A DNA stretch of 64,000 nt from an uncultured Alphaproteobacteria bacterium. Lineage in GTDB: Bacteria > Pseudomonadota > Alphaproteobacteria > Rhodospirillales > Defluviicoccaceae. The stretch lies in NCBI GenBank assembly GCA_963805915.1, contig CAWDWD010000018.1:17737-81736 (forward strand). The letters run 5' to 3'. Positions 11,033 to 20,324 of this stretch are shown in pieces. The notes beneath the pieces are model-generated. The model saw only the letters and a program-made list of their open reading frames with translations, ran no database searches and had not been told where the DNA came from. A program made the translations under genes and the position numbers. The first letter of the stretch is position 1; each line of letters starts with the position of its first letter.

Positions 11033-12163
11033 ATGCGGCGCCTGGCGACGCCGCCGCGCCCCGATTGGCGCGAGCACGTCGAGCGCGATCTCGGCTTTGC
11101 CTTCCATACAATCGACGATGCGCCCTACTGGGACGAGACGGCCTGCTACGCGTTCACCCCGATCGAGGTGGACGAGTTGGAAGCCGCCACCGGCGAGCTT
11201 GAGCAGATGGCGCTTGAGTTGGTCGACCGGGTGGTCCGGCGCGGCGACGAGGCCTACGACCGGTTGCGGATCCCGCCCGCCGCCCGCGCCGCCGTCGATC
11301 GAAGCTGGACCTTGGGCGAGAAGAATCTCTACGGCCGGTTCGACCTGCGCTATGACGGCATCACGCCGCCGGTTCTCCTGGAATACAACGCCGACACGCC
11401 GACCGCGGTGTTCGAGGCGGCCGTCGTCCAATGGGATTGGCTGGAGACGCTGTGGCCGGGGCGCGACCAGTTCAACTCTATTCACGAGAAGCTGATCGAG
11501 GCCTGGCGGAACTTCGGCCTGGGCGGAGTGCGGCTATACTTCAGCGCGGTCGGGGATCATGCCGAGGACGCCGGCACGATCGACTACCTGCGCGACACCG
11601 CGATCCAGGCCCGGCTTGCCACCGAGCGCATCGCCATCGAGGACATCGGCTGGGACGGCCGGCGTTTTCTCGACCTGGATGACCGGCCGATTGAAGCAAT
11701 CTTCAAGCTCTATCCGTGGGAGTGGATCGTTGGCGAGGAATTCGGCCAGCCGCTGCTTTCGGGCGCGGCGCAGGTGATCGAGCCGGCTTGGAAGATGGTG
11801 CTGTCGAACAAGGCGGCGCTGGCGTTGTTGTGGGAGATGGCGCCGGGCCACCCGAACCTGCTGCCCGCGGCTCTCGAACCGGGATTCATCGACGGCCCGG
11901 TGGTGCGCAAACCAATCTTCGGCCGCGAGGGCGCCAACGTCCGGGTCAGTGACGCCGGGCGTACCCTGGCCGAATCCGACGGCCCCTACGGCACGGAGGG
12001 CTTCATCTACCAAGCCCACGCGCCGCTCCCGGCCTTCGCCGGCAACTATCCCGTGCTCGGCTCGTGGGTGGTGGCGAGCGCGCCGGCGGGGCTCGGCGTC
12101 CGCGAGGACGACACCGCCATCACCCGCGATACCAGCCGATTCATACCGCACTATTTCGAGTGA
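11033..12163 (+). CDS. glutathionylspermidine synthase-like ATP-grasp protein (YgiC/YjfC family)
   Basis: 376 aa from the internal ATG (MRRLATPPRPDWREHVE...). It contains the family-typical LLEYNADTPT and YPWEW motifs. It directly follows the DUF1190 gene, as in the E. coli ygiBC/yjfMC pairs. Confidence 0.75.
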   Translation: MRRLATPPRPDWREHVERDLGFAFHTIDDAPYWDETACYAFTPIEVDELEAATGELEQMALELVDRVVRRGDEAYDRLRIPPAARAAVDRSWTLGEKNLYGRFDLRYDGITPPVLLEYNADTPTAVFEAAVVQWDWLETLWPGRDQFNSIHEKLIEAWRNFGLGGVRLYFSAVGDHAEDAGTIDYLRDTAIQARLATERIAIEDIGWDGRRFLDLDDRPIEAIFKLYPWEWIVGEEFGQPLLSGAAQVIEPAWKMVLSNKAALALLWEMAPGHPNLLPAALEPGFIDGPVVRKPIFGREGANVRVSDAGRTLAESDGPYGTEGFIYQAHAPLPAFAGNYPVLGSWVVASAPAGLGVREDDTAITRDTSRFIPHYFE

Positions 12164-12395
12164 AAAAACACTTGTCAGCCGGCAAATCGTTGCGTAAGGA
12201 CCGCTGCAGAATGGCCGGCAATTGATAATCAATCCAATAGAAATGCGTATCCGCCGACGGCCTTATTTCAAACGAGCAAGCGAAGCACAAAGTCCGCTTC
12301 ATCGTGAACGGCACGCGTAGGTCGCCGCGATCGCGACAAGATTAGACAAGATCGGAAGCTCGGCAAACGAGCTAAGTGCATTGGGGAGGGCCTGC

Positions 12396-13400
12396 ATGTT
12401 CGAGGACGTCGAGGTTACCCCACGCGCGGCCACGGAGGTCGTGTCGACTGGCCACCTGCCACAAAAAGATTTCGTCGCCAAGTCGGTGAGCGAGGCGTAC
12501 GAGCGCTACCGTACGCTCGACGACGGCGTCGTCGCGGATTACATCCCGGCCCTGGGCCGAACCTCGCGCGATCTCTTCGGTATTTCCATCGTCGGCGTCG
12601 ACGGCGCCGTCCAGACGATCGGCGACGCGGATCATGAATTCTCCATCCAGAGCATCTCGAAGCCCTTTGTCTTCGCGCTGATCTGCGAGGCGATCGGCGC
12701 CGAGCCGGCGCGCGAAAAGATCGGGGTGAACGCGACTGGGCTGGCGTTCAACTCGGTGATGGCGATCGAGCTCAACGCCGACCGGACGATGAATCCGATG
12801 GTTAACGCGGGAGCGATCGCGACAACCAGTCTGGCGCCGGGGGCTGGCGCCGAGGAGAAATGGCGCTTCGTCCGGGAAGGCTTGTCGCGATTCGCCGGAC
12901 GGGATCTCGAACTCGACGCCGAGGTGTACGAGTCCGAGGCGGCCACCAACCTGCGCAACCGCGGTATCGCCAAGCTGCTCGAAGGCTATGGCCGGATGTA
13001 TTTCGATGCGCTGGAGGCGACCGACGTCTACACGCGGCAGTGCTCGCTCAAGGTCTCGGCCAAGGACCTCGCGGTGATGGGGGCCACGCTTGCCGATGGC
13101 GGGGTCAACCCGCTGAGCGGGGAGCGCGTGATCGAGCCCGCGAACTGCAAGCGGGTCCTCGCGATCCTCGCGACCGCGGGACTTTACGAGCGCTCCGGCG
13201 ACTGGCTTTACGAGATTGGCCTGCCGGGCAAGAGCGGGGTCAGTGGTGGCATCGTCACCATTGCACCCGGCAAGGGTGGCCTTGGCGCCTTCGCGCCGCC
13301 TCTCGACGCCGCCGGCAACAGTGTCAAGGGCCAGCGGGTTACGAAGTATCTTTCCGAGCGACTCGGCCTCAACCTGTTCGCATCGAAGCCGGACCACTAG
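12396..13400 (+). CDS. glsA: glutaminase A
   Basis: FSIQSISKPFVF (Ser-x-x-Lys), NPMVNAGAI and LPGKSGVSGGI motifs are present. Confidence 0.88.
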   Translation: MFEDVEVTPRAATEVVSTGHLPQKDFVAKSVSEAYERYRTLDDGVVADYIPALGRTSRDLFGISIVGVDGAVQTIGDADHEFSIQSISKPFVFALICEAIGAEPAREKIGVNATGLAFNSVMAIELNADRTMNPMVNAGAIATTSLAPGAGAEEKWRFVREGLSRFAGRDLELDAEVYESEAATNLRNRGIAKLLEGYGRMYFDALEATDVYTRQCSLKVSAKDLAVMGATLADGGVNPLSGERVIEPANCKRVLAILATAGLYERSGDWLYEIGLPGKSGVSGGIVTIAPGKGGLGAFAPPLDAAGNSVKGQRVTKYLSERLGLNLFASKPDH

Positions 13401-13478
13401 GGCGAAGCCGCAAATCAGTCGCCGACATTACGGTGAACGAAACCGAGCGGGAACCTTTTCACAGAGAGGGACATCACG

Positions 13479-15173
13479 ATGACGACTGCAAGCGCCTCGC
13501 CCGTGGCGGCGCCCGACGCCGAGGTGCGCGAATCTTGGACACCCATGATCGCCATAGCGCTTGGCCAGGCGATCATGTCGTTCAATGTCGCGGCCCTGCC
13601 CGTTTCGATGAGCGGGATGGTGGCGAGCTTCGGGGTGCCGCCGACCACGGTCGCCACCGGTATCGTGATGTACTCGCTCGCCGTCGCCGGCCTGGTGATG
13701 CTGGGCGCGAAGCTCAGCCAGCGTTTCGGCGCGACGACGATGTTCCGCATTGTCGTCGCGATCTACGCCGTCGCCCAGACGCTGATGACCTTCAGCCCCA
13801 ACGCCACGATCATGCTGACCGCGCAGGGGCTTTGCGGAATGGCGGCCGCGGTCATCGTGCCGTCGCTCGTCGCGCTGATCGCCAACCACTACCACGGCAC
13901 CCAGCAGGCGACGGCCGTCGGCGCCCTGGGCTCGGCGCGCGCCGGCGCCAGCGCGGCGGCATTCCTGATCGGCGGCGTGCTCGGCACATTCATCGGCTGG
14001 CGCCCGGTCTTCGGCATCCTCATCGCGGTCTCCGGCATTGTTTTCCTTCTAAGCTTCAAGCTCAAGAAGGACGAGGGCCGGCCCGAAGTCCAGATCGACG
14101 CCATCGGGGTCGTGCTCGCGGCGGCGGCAATCATCCTGATCAGCTTCGGCTTCAACAATCTCAACCGCTGGGGCCTTGGGGTGGCCGGGCCCGGCGCGCC
14201 GTTCGACATTCTCGGGCTGTCCCCGGCGCCGGTGATGATTGTCGCCGGGATCATTCTCCTCCAGTGCCTGATCGCTTGGTGCCGGAAGGTGGCGGCCGCC
14301 GGCAAGACGCCGCTCCTGGATCTTCGCGTGCTGATGTCGCCAACGGAGCGGGCGGCCGTCTATGCTATGTTCGCCGTCGTTGCGCTGGAGGCGGCGCTCA
14401 ACTTCTCGGTGCCGCTCTACATTCAGATCGTCCAGGGTCGCACGCCGCTGGCAACGGCGATCGCGATGATGCCGTTCAACCTGACGGTGTTCTTTACCGC
14501 CATCCTGGTCGTGCGGCTCTACAAGACCTTGACGCCGCGCCAGATCGGGCGCGCCGGATTTATCGTCTGTACCGTCGCCCTGCTTTGGCTTGCATTCGTG
14601 ATTCGCAATGAGTGGACGGAGCTGCCCGTCCTCGTCGGGCTCTTTGTCTTTGGCCTCGGTCAAGGGGCGCTGGTGACACTGCTCTTCAACATCCTTGTTA
14701 CTGCGGCGCCGAAGGAGCTGGCGAGCGATGTCGGCTCGTTGCGCGGTACAACACAGAACCTTGCGGCCGCGGTCGGCACGGCGGTCGCCGGCGCGCTGAT
14801 GGTCGGGCTGCTCAGCACGGTTGTCGTACGCCACCTCGCCGAGAACCCGCGTTTTCCAGCCGAGATCCAGTCTCAGCTTAACCTCGACAGCATCAACTTC
14901 GTCAGCAACGACCAGCTGCTGACGATCATGGAAAGGACGACGGCGACGACGGCGCAGGTCGAAGAGGCGGTCCGCATCAACACCGAGGCGCGGCTGCGCG
15001 CCCTCAAGATCGGCCTGCTGATCATGGCTGGTCTGGCCGCACTGACGATCATCCCCGCCGGCCGGTTGCCGAACTATCGCCCCGGCGAGATCCCGGCCAA
15101 CCCGCCGCCGCCCTCCGCCGAGGAGGAAAGACGGCTGGCACGCGAAGCGGACGGCAGCGGAGCTTCGCGATGA
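13479..15173 (+). CDS. MFS transporter (14-TM, DHA2-like)
   Basis: 564 aa with many hydrophobic spans and MFS-type loops. The stop overlaps the next start (ATGA). Confidence 0.7.
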   Translation: MTTASASPVAAPDAEVRESWTPMIAIALGQAIMSFNVAALPVSMSGMVASFGVPPTTVATGIVMYSLAVAGLVMLGAKLSQRFGATTMFRIVVAIYAVAQTLMTFSPNATIMLTAQGLCGMAAAVIVPSLVALIANHYHGTQQATAVGALGSARAGASAAAFLIGGVLGTFIGWRPVFGILIAVSGIVFLLSFKLKKDEGRPEVQIDAIGVVLAAAAIILISFGFNNLNRWGLGVAGPGAPFDILGLSPAPVMIVAGIILLQCLIAWCRKVAAAGKTPLLDLRVLMSPTERAAVYAMFAVVALEAALNFSVPLYIQIVQGRTPLATAIAMMPFNLTVFFTAILVVRLYKTLTPRQIGRAGFIVCTVALLWLAFVIRNEWTELPVLVGLFVFGLGQGALVTLLFNILVTAAPKELASDVGSLRGTTQNLAAAVGTAVAGALMVGLLSTVVVRHLAENPRFPAEIQSQLNLDSINFVSNDQLLTIMERTTATTAQVEEAVRINTEARLRALKIGLLIMAGLAALTIIPAGRLPNYRPGEIPANPPPPSAEEERRLAREADGSGASR

Positions 15174-16150
15174 AGCCGCGCATCCTGGTCCTTTCGCTCG
15201 GTGGAACGATCACCATGGTGCCGAGCGCCGGTGTTGGCATCGCGCCGCTGCTCGGGGCTGGCGAGCTCGTCGCTTCTGTCCCGGCCTTGGCCGAGGTCGC
15301 CGAGATCGAGGCTGAGTCGCCCTTCCGCGTGGCCAGTCCATCCCTGAGCATCGTCAACCTGGTCGAGGTGGCGCAGCGGATCGAGGCCGCGTTCGCCGAC
15401 GGCGCCGACGGCGCCGTCGTCGTCCAGGGCACCGATACGATCGAGGAATCCGCCTTCATTCTCGATCTACTGGTTGCCGGCGAGCGTCCGGTGGTGGTCA
15501 CCGGCGCGATGCGCGGTGCCGACGCGCCCGGCGCCGATGGCCCGGCAAACCTTCTTGCGGCGGTTCGTGTGGCGGCGGCGCCCGAGGCGCTGGGGCTTGG
15601 CACGCTCGTCGTTCTGAATTACGCCATCCACGCCGCGCGTTTCGTCCAGAAATCGCATACCGCGCTGCCGTCGGCCTTCCTTTCGCCGCTTACCGGTCCC
15701 CTGGGCACGGTCATGGAAGGGCGTCCGCGCTTCTACGTCCGCACCGCCCGCAATCCCTGTCTCTCGGCGGCGGACGGCCCGCCCAGACCGGTCGCTCTGG
15801 TCAAGGCCGCCATGGGCGACGAGATGCATCTGTTCAGCGCGCTGGCCACCTTGGGCTGTTCCGGCGTCGTCATCGAGGCCATGGGCGCGGGTCACGTCCA
15901 TGTCGACGCGGTCCCGATCCTGGACGAACTCGCCACCCAACTCCCCGTAGTCCTGGCCTCGCGCGTCATGACCGGAGCGGTCTTCACCGATACTTACGGC
16001 TATCCCGGCGGCGAAATCGACCTGATCCGCCGCGGCCTGATCCCGGCCGGTTATCTCTCCGGGCTCAAGGCCCGCCTGCTCCTCGGCCTGGCGCTTAGGA
16101 CAACGCGCGACCGCCGCGCGATCGCCGACCACTTCGCCGTCTACAATTAG
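15170..16150 (+). CDS. L-asparaginase
   Basis: ILVLSLGGTITM (catalytic Thr motif), VVVQGTDTIEES and VVTGAMR motifs are present. Confidence 0.85.
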   Translation: MKPRILVLSLGGTITMVPSAGVGIAPLLGAGELVASVPALAEVAEIEAESPFRVASPSLSIVNLVEVAQRIEAAFADGADGAVVVQGTDTIEESAFILDLLVAGERPVVVTGAMRGADAPGADGPANLLAAVRVAAAPEALGLGTLVVLNYAIHAARFVQKSHTALPSAFLSPLTGPLGTVMEGRPRFYVRTARNPCLSAADGPPRPVALVKAAMGDEMHLFSALATLGCSGVVIEAMGAGHVHVDAVPILDELATQLPVVLASRVMTGAVFTDTYGYPGGEIDLIRRGLIPAGYLSGLKARLLLGLALRTTRDRRAIADHFAVYN

Positions 16151-16342
16151 CCGAAGACGCCAAGGCTTCCAGTCGATCACGGCTCGATGACGGTTCGATC
16201 GCGGGCGGTGACAGGGTGATCTGGCCTGCCTATGATGCCGGCCTCGACGCTTCGGCCGGAGGCCATGACCAGCCGCAAGCGACCGGTGGTCGGTGCTCGG
16301 CCGCCGGAGGCTCAAGACGCTCGAAGGCAGGGACCAGGCGCC

Positions 16343-17440
16343 ATGACCGTACACACCCCTACACCCAGCGACGAACGTACCGCCGTCATGATCTGCGGCC
16401 ACGGCAGCCGCTCAACCGCCGCGGTGCGGGAATTCAACACGCTTGCCGAACATCTTCGCCGGCGGTTGCCTGCTTACGACGTTGACAGCGGCTTTCTCGA
16501 ATTCGCCCGGCCGATGATCCGCGACGGCCTCGACGCGCTCCGCGATCGCGGCGCCGAGCGGATCTTGTGCCTGCCGGGAATGCTGTTCGCCGCCGGCCAC
16601 GTCAAGAACGACCTGCCCTCGGAGATCAACGCCTTCGCCGCCGAACACCCGGCGGTCGAGGTCAAGTACGGCCGTGAACTCGCGGTCGACACCAGGCTGC
16701 TGAGGGCTGCCAGCGAACGCATCGAGGCGGCCGAGCATGCCGCCGGCCGCAGCGTCGGCCGGAAGGAAACATTGCTCATGGTCGTCGGCCGCGGGACCAA
16801 CGATCCCGACGCCAATTCCAACGTCAGCAAGATCGCGCGGATGCTGTGGGAAGGCATGGGCTTCGGCTGGACCGAGGTCAGCTACAGCGGCGTCGCCTTT
16901 CCGCTGGTCGACGCCGGGCTCGCCCACGCGCTCAAGCTCGGCTATCGCCGCATCATTGTCTTTCCGTACTTCTTGTTCACCGGCATCCTGGTTGATCGCA
17001 TCTACGCCCACGCCGATGCCTGTCAGGCCAGCCATCCCGAGATTGAGATCGTCAAGGCCGGCTATCTCAACGACCACCCGCTGGTCATCGACACCTTCGT
17101 CGAGCGGGTCGGCGAGATGCTCACCGGCGCCAACCTGATGAACTGCCAGCTCTGCAAGTACCGCGAGCAGGTCTTGGGCTTCGAGAAGGACCAGGGCGCG
17201 CCCCAGGTCGGTCACCACTTCCATGTCCGCGGCATCGGCACCGACGGCGATCATGGTCATGGGCATGATCACGGGCACGAAGGCGGCCATTCGCACGACC
17301 ATGGGCATCGTCACGACCAGGAGGATGGCCACCACCACCATCACGGCCATCATCACGATCACGCCCACGCTCATGGCCATCGTCATGTATCATGGCCATG
17401 GCCATGCCGGCGCTTCGGACCAAGGCGAGGCGGCCGGTGA
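16343..17440 (+). CDS. cbiX: sirohydrochlorin cobaltochelatase, long CbiX form with His-rich tail
   Basis: Two CbiX-type halves (ICGHGSR..., MVVGRGTNDPDANS). An MNCQLCKY cysteine motif is followed by a long His/Asp/Gly-rich tail. The last ~15 codons look out of frame (see findings). Start placed at the internal ATG 16343. Confidence 0.8.
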   Translation: MTVHTPTPSDERTAVMICGHGSRSTAAVREFNTLAEHLRRRLPAYDVDSGFLEFARPMIRDGLDALRDRGAERILCLPGMLFAAGHVKNDLPSEINAFAAEHPAVEVKYGRELAVDTRLLRAASERIEAAEHAAGRSVGRKETLLMVVGRGTNDPDANSNVSKIARMLWEGMGFGWTEVSYSGVAFPLVDAGLAHALKLGYRRIIVFPYFLFTGILVDRIYAHADACQASHPEIEIVKAGYLNDHPLVIDTFVERVGEMLTGANLMNCQLCKYREQVLGFEKDQGAPQVGHHFHVRGIGTDGDHGHGHDHGHEGGHSHDHGHRHDQEDGHHHHHGHHHDHAHAHGHRHVSWPWPCRRFGPRRGGR

Positions 17441-17513
17441 CGGCGAGGCTCGACCGGCGACGGGCATGCCCGGCAAGAGCGCCGCCTGAGCGGGCCGCGC
17501 GGCGGCTAGGCCA

Positions 17514-19088
17514 GTGGTTTTCGACGCCTACGTCATGGTCGATTGGAGTGCCTCGAGCACGCCGAAGACCGGCGCGGATAGCATCTGGATCGGTGTTGCC
17601 GAGCGCCGCGACGGCGACGCCGGCGTGCGTCTGCTCAACCCGCCGACCCGCCACGCGGCGATGGAGCAGCTCGCCGATATCCTCAGCGACATGGTCGCGC
17701 GCGACCGGGTCGTTCTCGCCGGTTTCGATTTCGCCTTCGGCTACCCGGCCGGCTTCGCCCGCCAACTTCGCCCCACGGACGGCACCTGGCGCGGGGTTTG
17801 GAAGGAAATCGCCGGACGGGTCCGCGACGCCGGCGATAACGTCAACAATCGCTTCGAGGTCGCCGCCGCGTTCAACGAGACCGTATCCGGCGGCGCATTT
17901 CCGTTCTGGGGCTGCCCCGGCGCGGCCGCCGGGACGACGCTGACCAAGGCCCGGCCGGCGGGCTATGGCGAGGCGACCTTGCGCGAATACCGCCTTGCCG
18001 ATCGCGCCGCGAAGGGACCGCAGCCGGTATGGAAAATGGCCTATAGCGGGAGCGTCGGCGGCCAGACCCTGGTCGGCATCGCGGCACTCCAACGCTTGCG
18101 CCATCATCCCTGGATCGGCGATGTCGCCCGCGTCTGGCCGTTCGAGACCGGTCTTGTCGCGCTGGAGCGGCCCGGCGCCGGCGGCTGGCGGGTGCTGTTC
18201 GCGGAGATCTACCCCTCGGCGTTTCCGGTCGCGCACGAGCGCGACGCGGTCAAGGACGCGCGTCAGGTTCGCGGCACGCTCGACCACCTGATCCGGCTCG
18301 ATGACGCCGGCGGCCTTGCCGCGCTGTTCGCCGGTCCCGCCGGCCTTTCGCCCGAGGACCGCCGCCTCATCGAGACCGAGGAGGCCTGGATTCTCGGCAT
18401 CGAGACCATGGGCGGCGCTGCGCCATCCGCCGAGCCCGCCTCCTCCGGGCGCGGGCCTGGCGCCTACCAGTACATTCGTGACCCCGAAGAGATCTACCGG
18501 CTGTCGTTCGCGACCATTCGCGCCGAGATCGATCCGGGTGCGCTACCCGCCGACATCGACGCCGTCGCCGTCAGGGTCGTCCATGCCTGCGGGGATCCTC
18601 GCATCGTCGCCGATCTGGCGTTTAGCGCCGAGGCCGCCGCGCGGGGCCGCGCCGCCCTCGCCGCCGGCGCGCCGATCCTGGTCGATACCGAAATGGTCGG
18701 CGCGGGCATCATCCGCTCGCGGCTGCCGGCGCGAAACCGGGTGATCTGCACGCTCGCCGAGGCGGGCGTCACCGAGGCCGCGCGCGCGCTGGGCACAACC
18801 CGCTCGGCGGCCGCCGTCGATCGCTGGCGCCCGCATCTGGGCGGCGCCGTCGTTGCCATCGGCAACGCCCCGACGGCGCTGTTCCGCCTGCTCGAACTGC
18901 TCGACGAAGGCGCGCCCGCCCCGGCCCTGATCGTGGGCATGCCGGTCGGCTTCGTCGGCGCGGCGGAGTCGAAGGACGCGCTGATCGCCCACCTCGCCGG
19001 GGTGCCGTTCATCGCGGTGCGCGGGCGGCGCGGCGGCAGCGCCTTTGCCGCCGCCGCGGTCAACGCCCTGGCCGGCTCCGAATCATGA
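17514..19088 (+). CDS. cobH: precorrin-8X / cobalt-precorrin-8 methylmutase fused to an uncharacterised ~300-aa N-terminal domain
   Basis: The C-terminal ~210 aa are clearly CobH/CbiC (YQYIRDPEEIYRLSFATIRAE..., VHACGDP, IGNAPTALF, MPVGFVGAAESK). The N-terminal 300 aa (VMVDWSASSTPKTGADSIWIG ... AEIYPS) form no domain I can name. Confidence 0.75.
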   Translation: MVFDAYVMVDWSASSTPKTGADSIWIGVAERRDGDAGVRLLNPPTRHAAMEQLADILSDMVARDRVVLAGFDFAFGYPAGFARQLRPTDGTWRGVWKEIAGRVRDAGDNVNNRFEVAAAFNETVSGGAFPFWGCPGAAAGTTLTKARPAGYGEATLREYRLADRAAKGPQPVWKMAYSGSVGGQTLVGIAALQRLRHHPWIGDVARVWPFETGLVALERPGAGGWRVLFAEIYPSAFPVAHERDAVKDARQVRGTLDHLIRLDDAGGLAALFAGPAGLSPEDRRLIETEEAWILGIETMGGAAPSAEPASSGRGPGAYQYIRDPEEIYRLSFATIRAEIDPGALPADIDAVAVRVVHACGDPRIVADLAFSAEAAARGRAALAAGAPILVDTEMVGAGIIRSRLPARNRVICTLAEAGVTEAARALGTTRSAAAVDRWRPHLGGAVVAIGNAPTALFRLLELLDEGAPAPALIVGMPVGFVGAAESKDALIAHLAGVPFIAVRGRRGGSAFAAAAVNALAGSES

Positions 19089-20324
19089 CATCCCCGCCGT
19101 GGCTTACGGTCGTCGGGATCGGCGACGACGGCCTGGCGGGGCTGAGCCCGGCGGCGCGCGCGCTGGTGTCCACGGCCGAACTTCTCGTCGGCGGCGAGCG
19201 CCACCAGGCGATGGTCGCCGAAACATCCGCCGAGCGGCTGACCTGGGCCGCCGGGCTCGACACCGCCATGGATGTGATCGCCCGGTGGCGCGGTCGCCGG
19301 GTCGTGGTGCTGGCCACCGGCGATCCGATGTGGTTTGGCGGCGGCGCCAACCTGTCGCGTCGGTTCTCCCCGGCCGAAATGCGGGTGCTGCCGGCGCCCG
19401 GCGCTTTCAGCCTGGCCGCAGCGGCGATGGGCTGGCCGCTCGGCGAGGTCGAGATGCTCACCGTCCACGGCCGGCCGCTGGCAACGCTCAACCTGTTCAT
19501 CCGTCCGGGGGTGAGGATGCTCGTTCTCAGCCGCGACGGCGACACGCCGAGCGAGGTCGCGGCGCTACTGACGGCGCGTGGCTTCGGACCGAGCGCCATC
19601 AGCGTGCTTGAGCATCTTGGGCGGACCGCGAGAACGACGCTTCGACGGCGTGGCCGAGAGCTGGAACCAGCAGCGCCGCGCCGATCTCAACACCCTCGCC
19701 ATCGACTGCCGGCGCGGGACCGTCGGCGCGCATCCTGTCCGCCGGTCCGGGCCTGCCCGATGACGCGTTCGACCACGACGGCCAACTGACCAAGCGCGAG
19801 GTCCGCGCGCTCAGCGTCGCGGCACTCGCGCCGTTGCCGGGCCAGCTCCTGTGGGACGTCGGCGCCGGCGCCGGTTCGGTCGCGATCGAGTGGCTTCGCC
19901 TGACGCCACGGACCCGGCCGGACGGACGGGCGCGCGGCGCGGGCCATTGCCATCGAGCGCGACGCCGGGCGCTGCGCCATGATCGCCGCCAACGCCGCCA
20001 GCCTCGGCGTGCCCCAGCTCGAGGTCATCCACGGCGAGGCACCGGACGCGCTCGTCGGACTGGACCCGCCGGACAGCGTCTTCGTCGGCGGCGGCGACTG
20101 CCCGCGCCGGCCTGCTTGAAGTCTGCTGGCGGGCGATGGTCTCGGGCGGCCGCCTCGTCGCCAACGCCGTCAGTCTCGAAGGCGTCGCCCGGCTGATCGA
20201 TTTCCACGCCGGCCACGGCGGCGAACTGACCCGCCTGGCGGTCTCCCGCGCCGAGGCGGTCGGCCGCTTCACCAGCTTTCGGCCGATGATGGAGGTCGTT
20301 CAGTACACCGGTGTAAAGTCATGA
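19085..20324 (+). pseudogene. cobL: precorrin-6Y C5,15-methyltransferase (decarboxylating) CbiE/CbiT fusion, reading frame broken four times
   Basis: Recognisable CobL segments sit in successive frames.
- WLTVVGIGDDG...VLEHLG
- [23 protein letters not shown]
- [29 protein letters not shown]...[17 protein letters not shown]
- [10 protein letters not shown]...VFVGGG
- [21 protein letters not shown]...RPMMEVVQY. Confidence 0.8.

Noticed and set aside
16151-16342. Possible cobalamin riboswitch upstream of cbiX (CTGGCCTGCC resembles the end of a B12 box)
   Set aside because: The rest of the conserved core is absent from the leader (GGGAA, GGTG-AA-TCC, GCCACTG). Only a 6-nt CCTGCC match remains.
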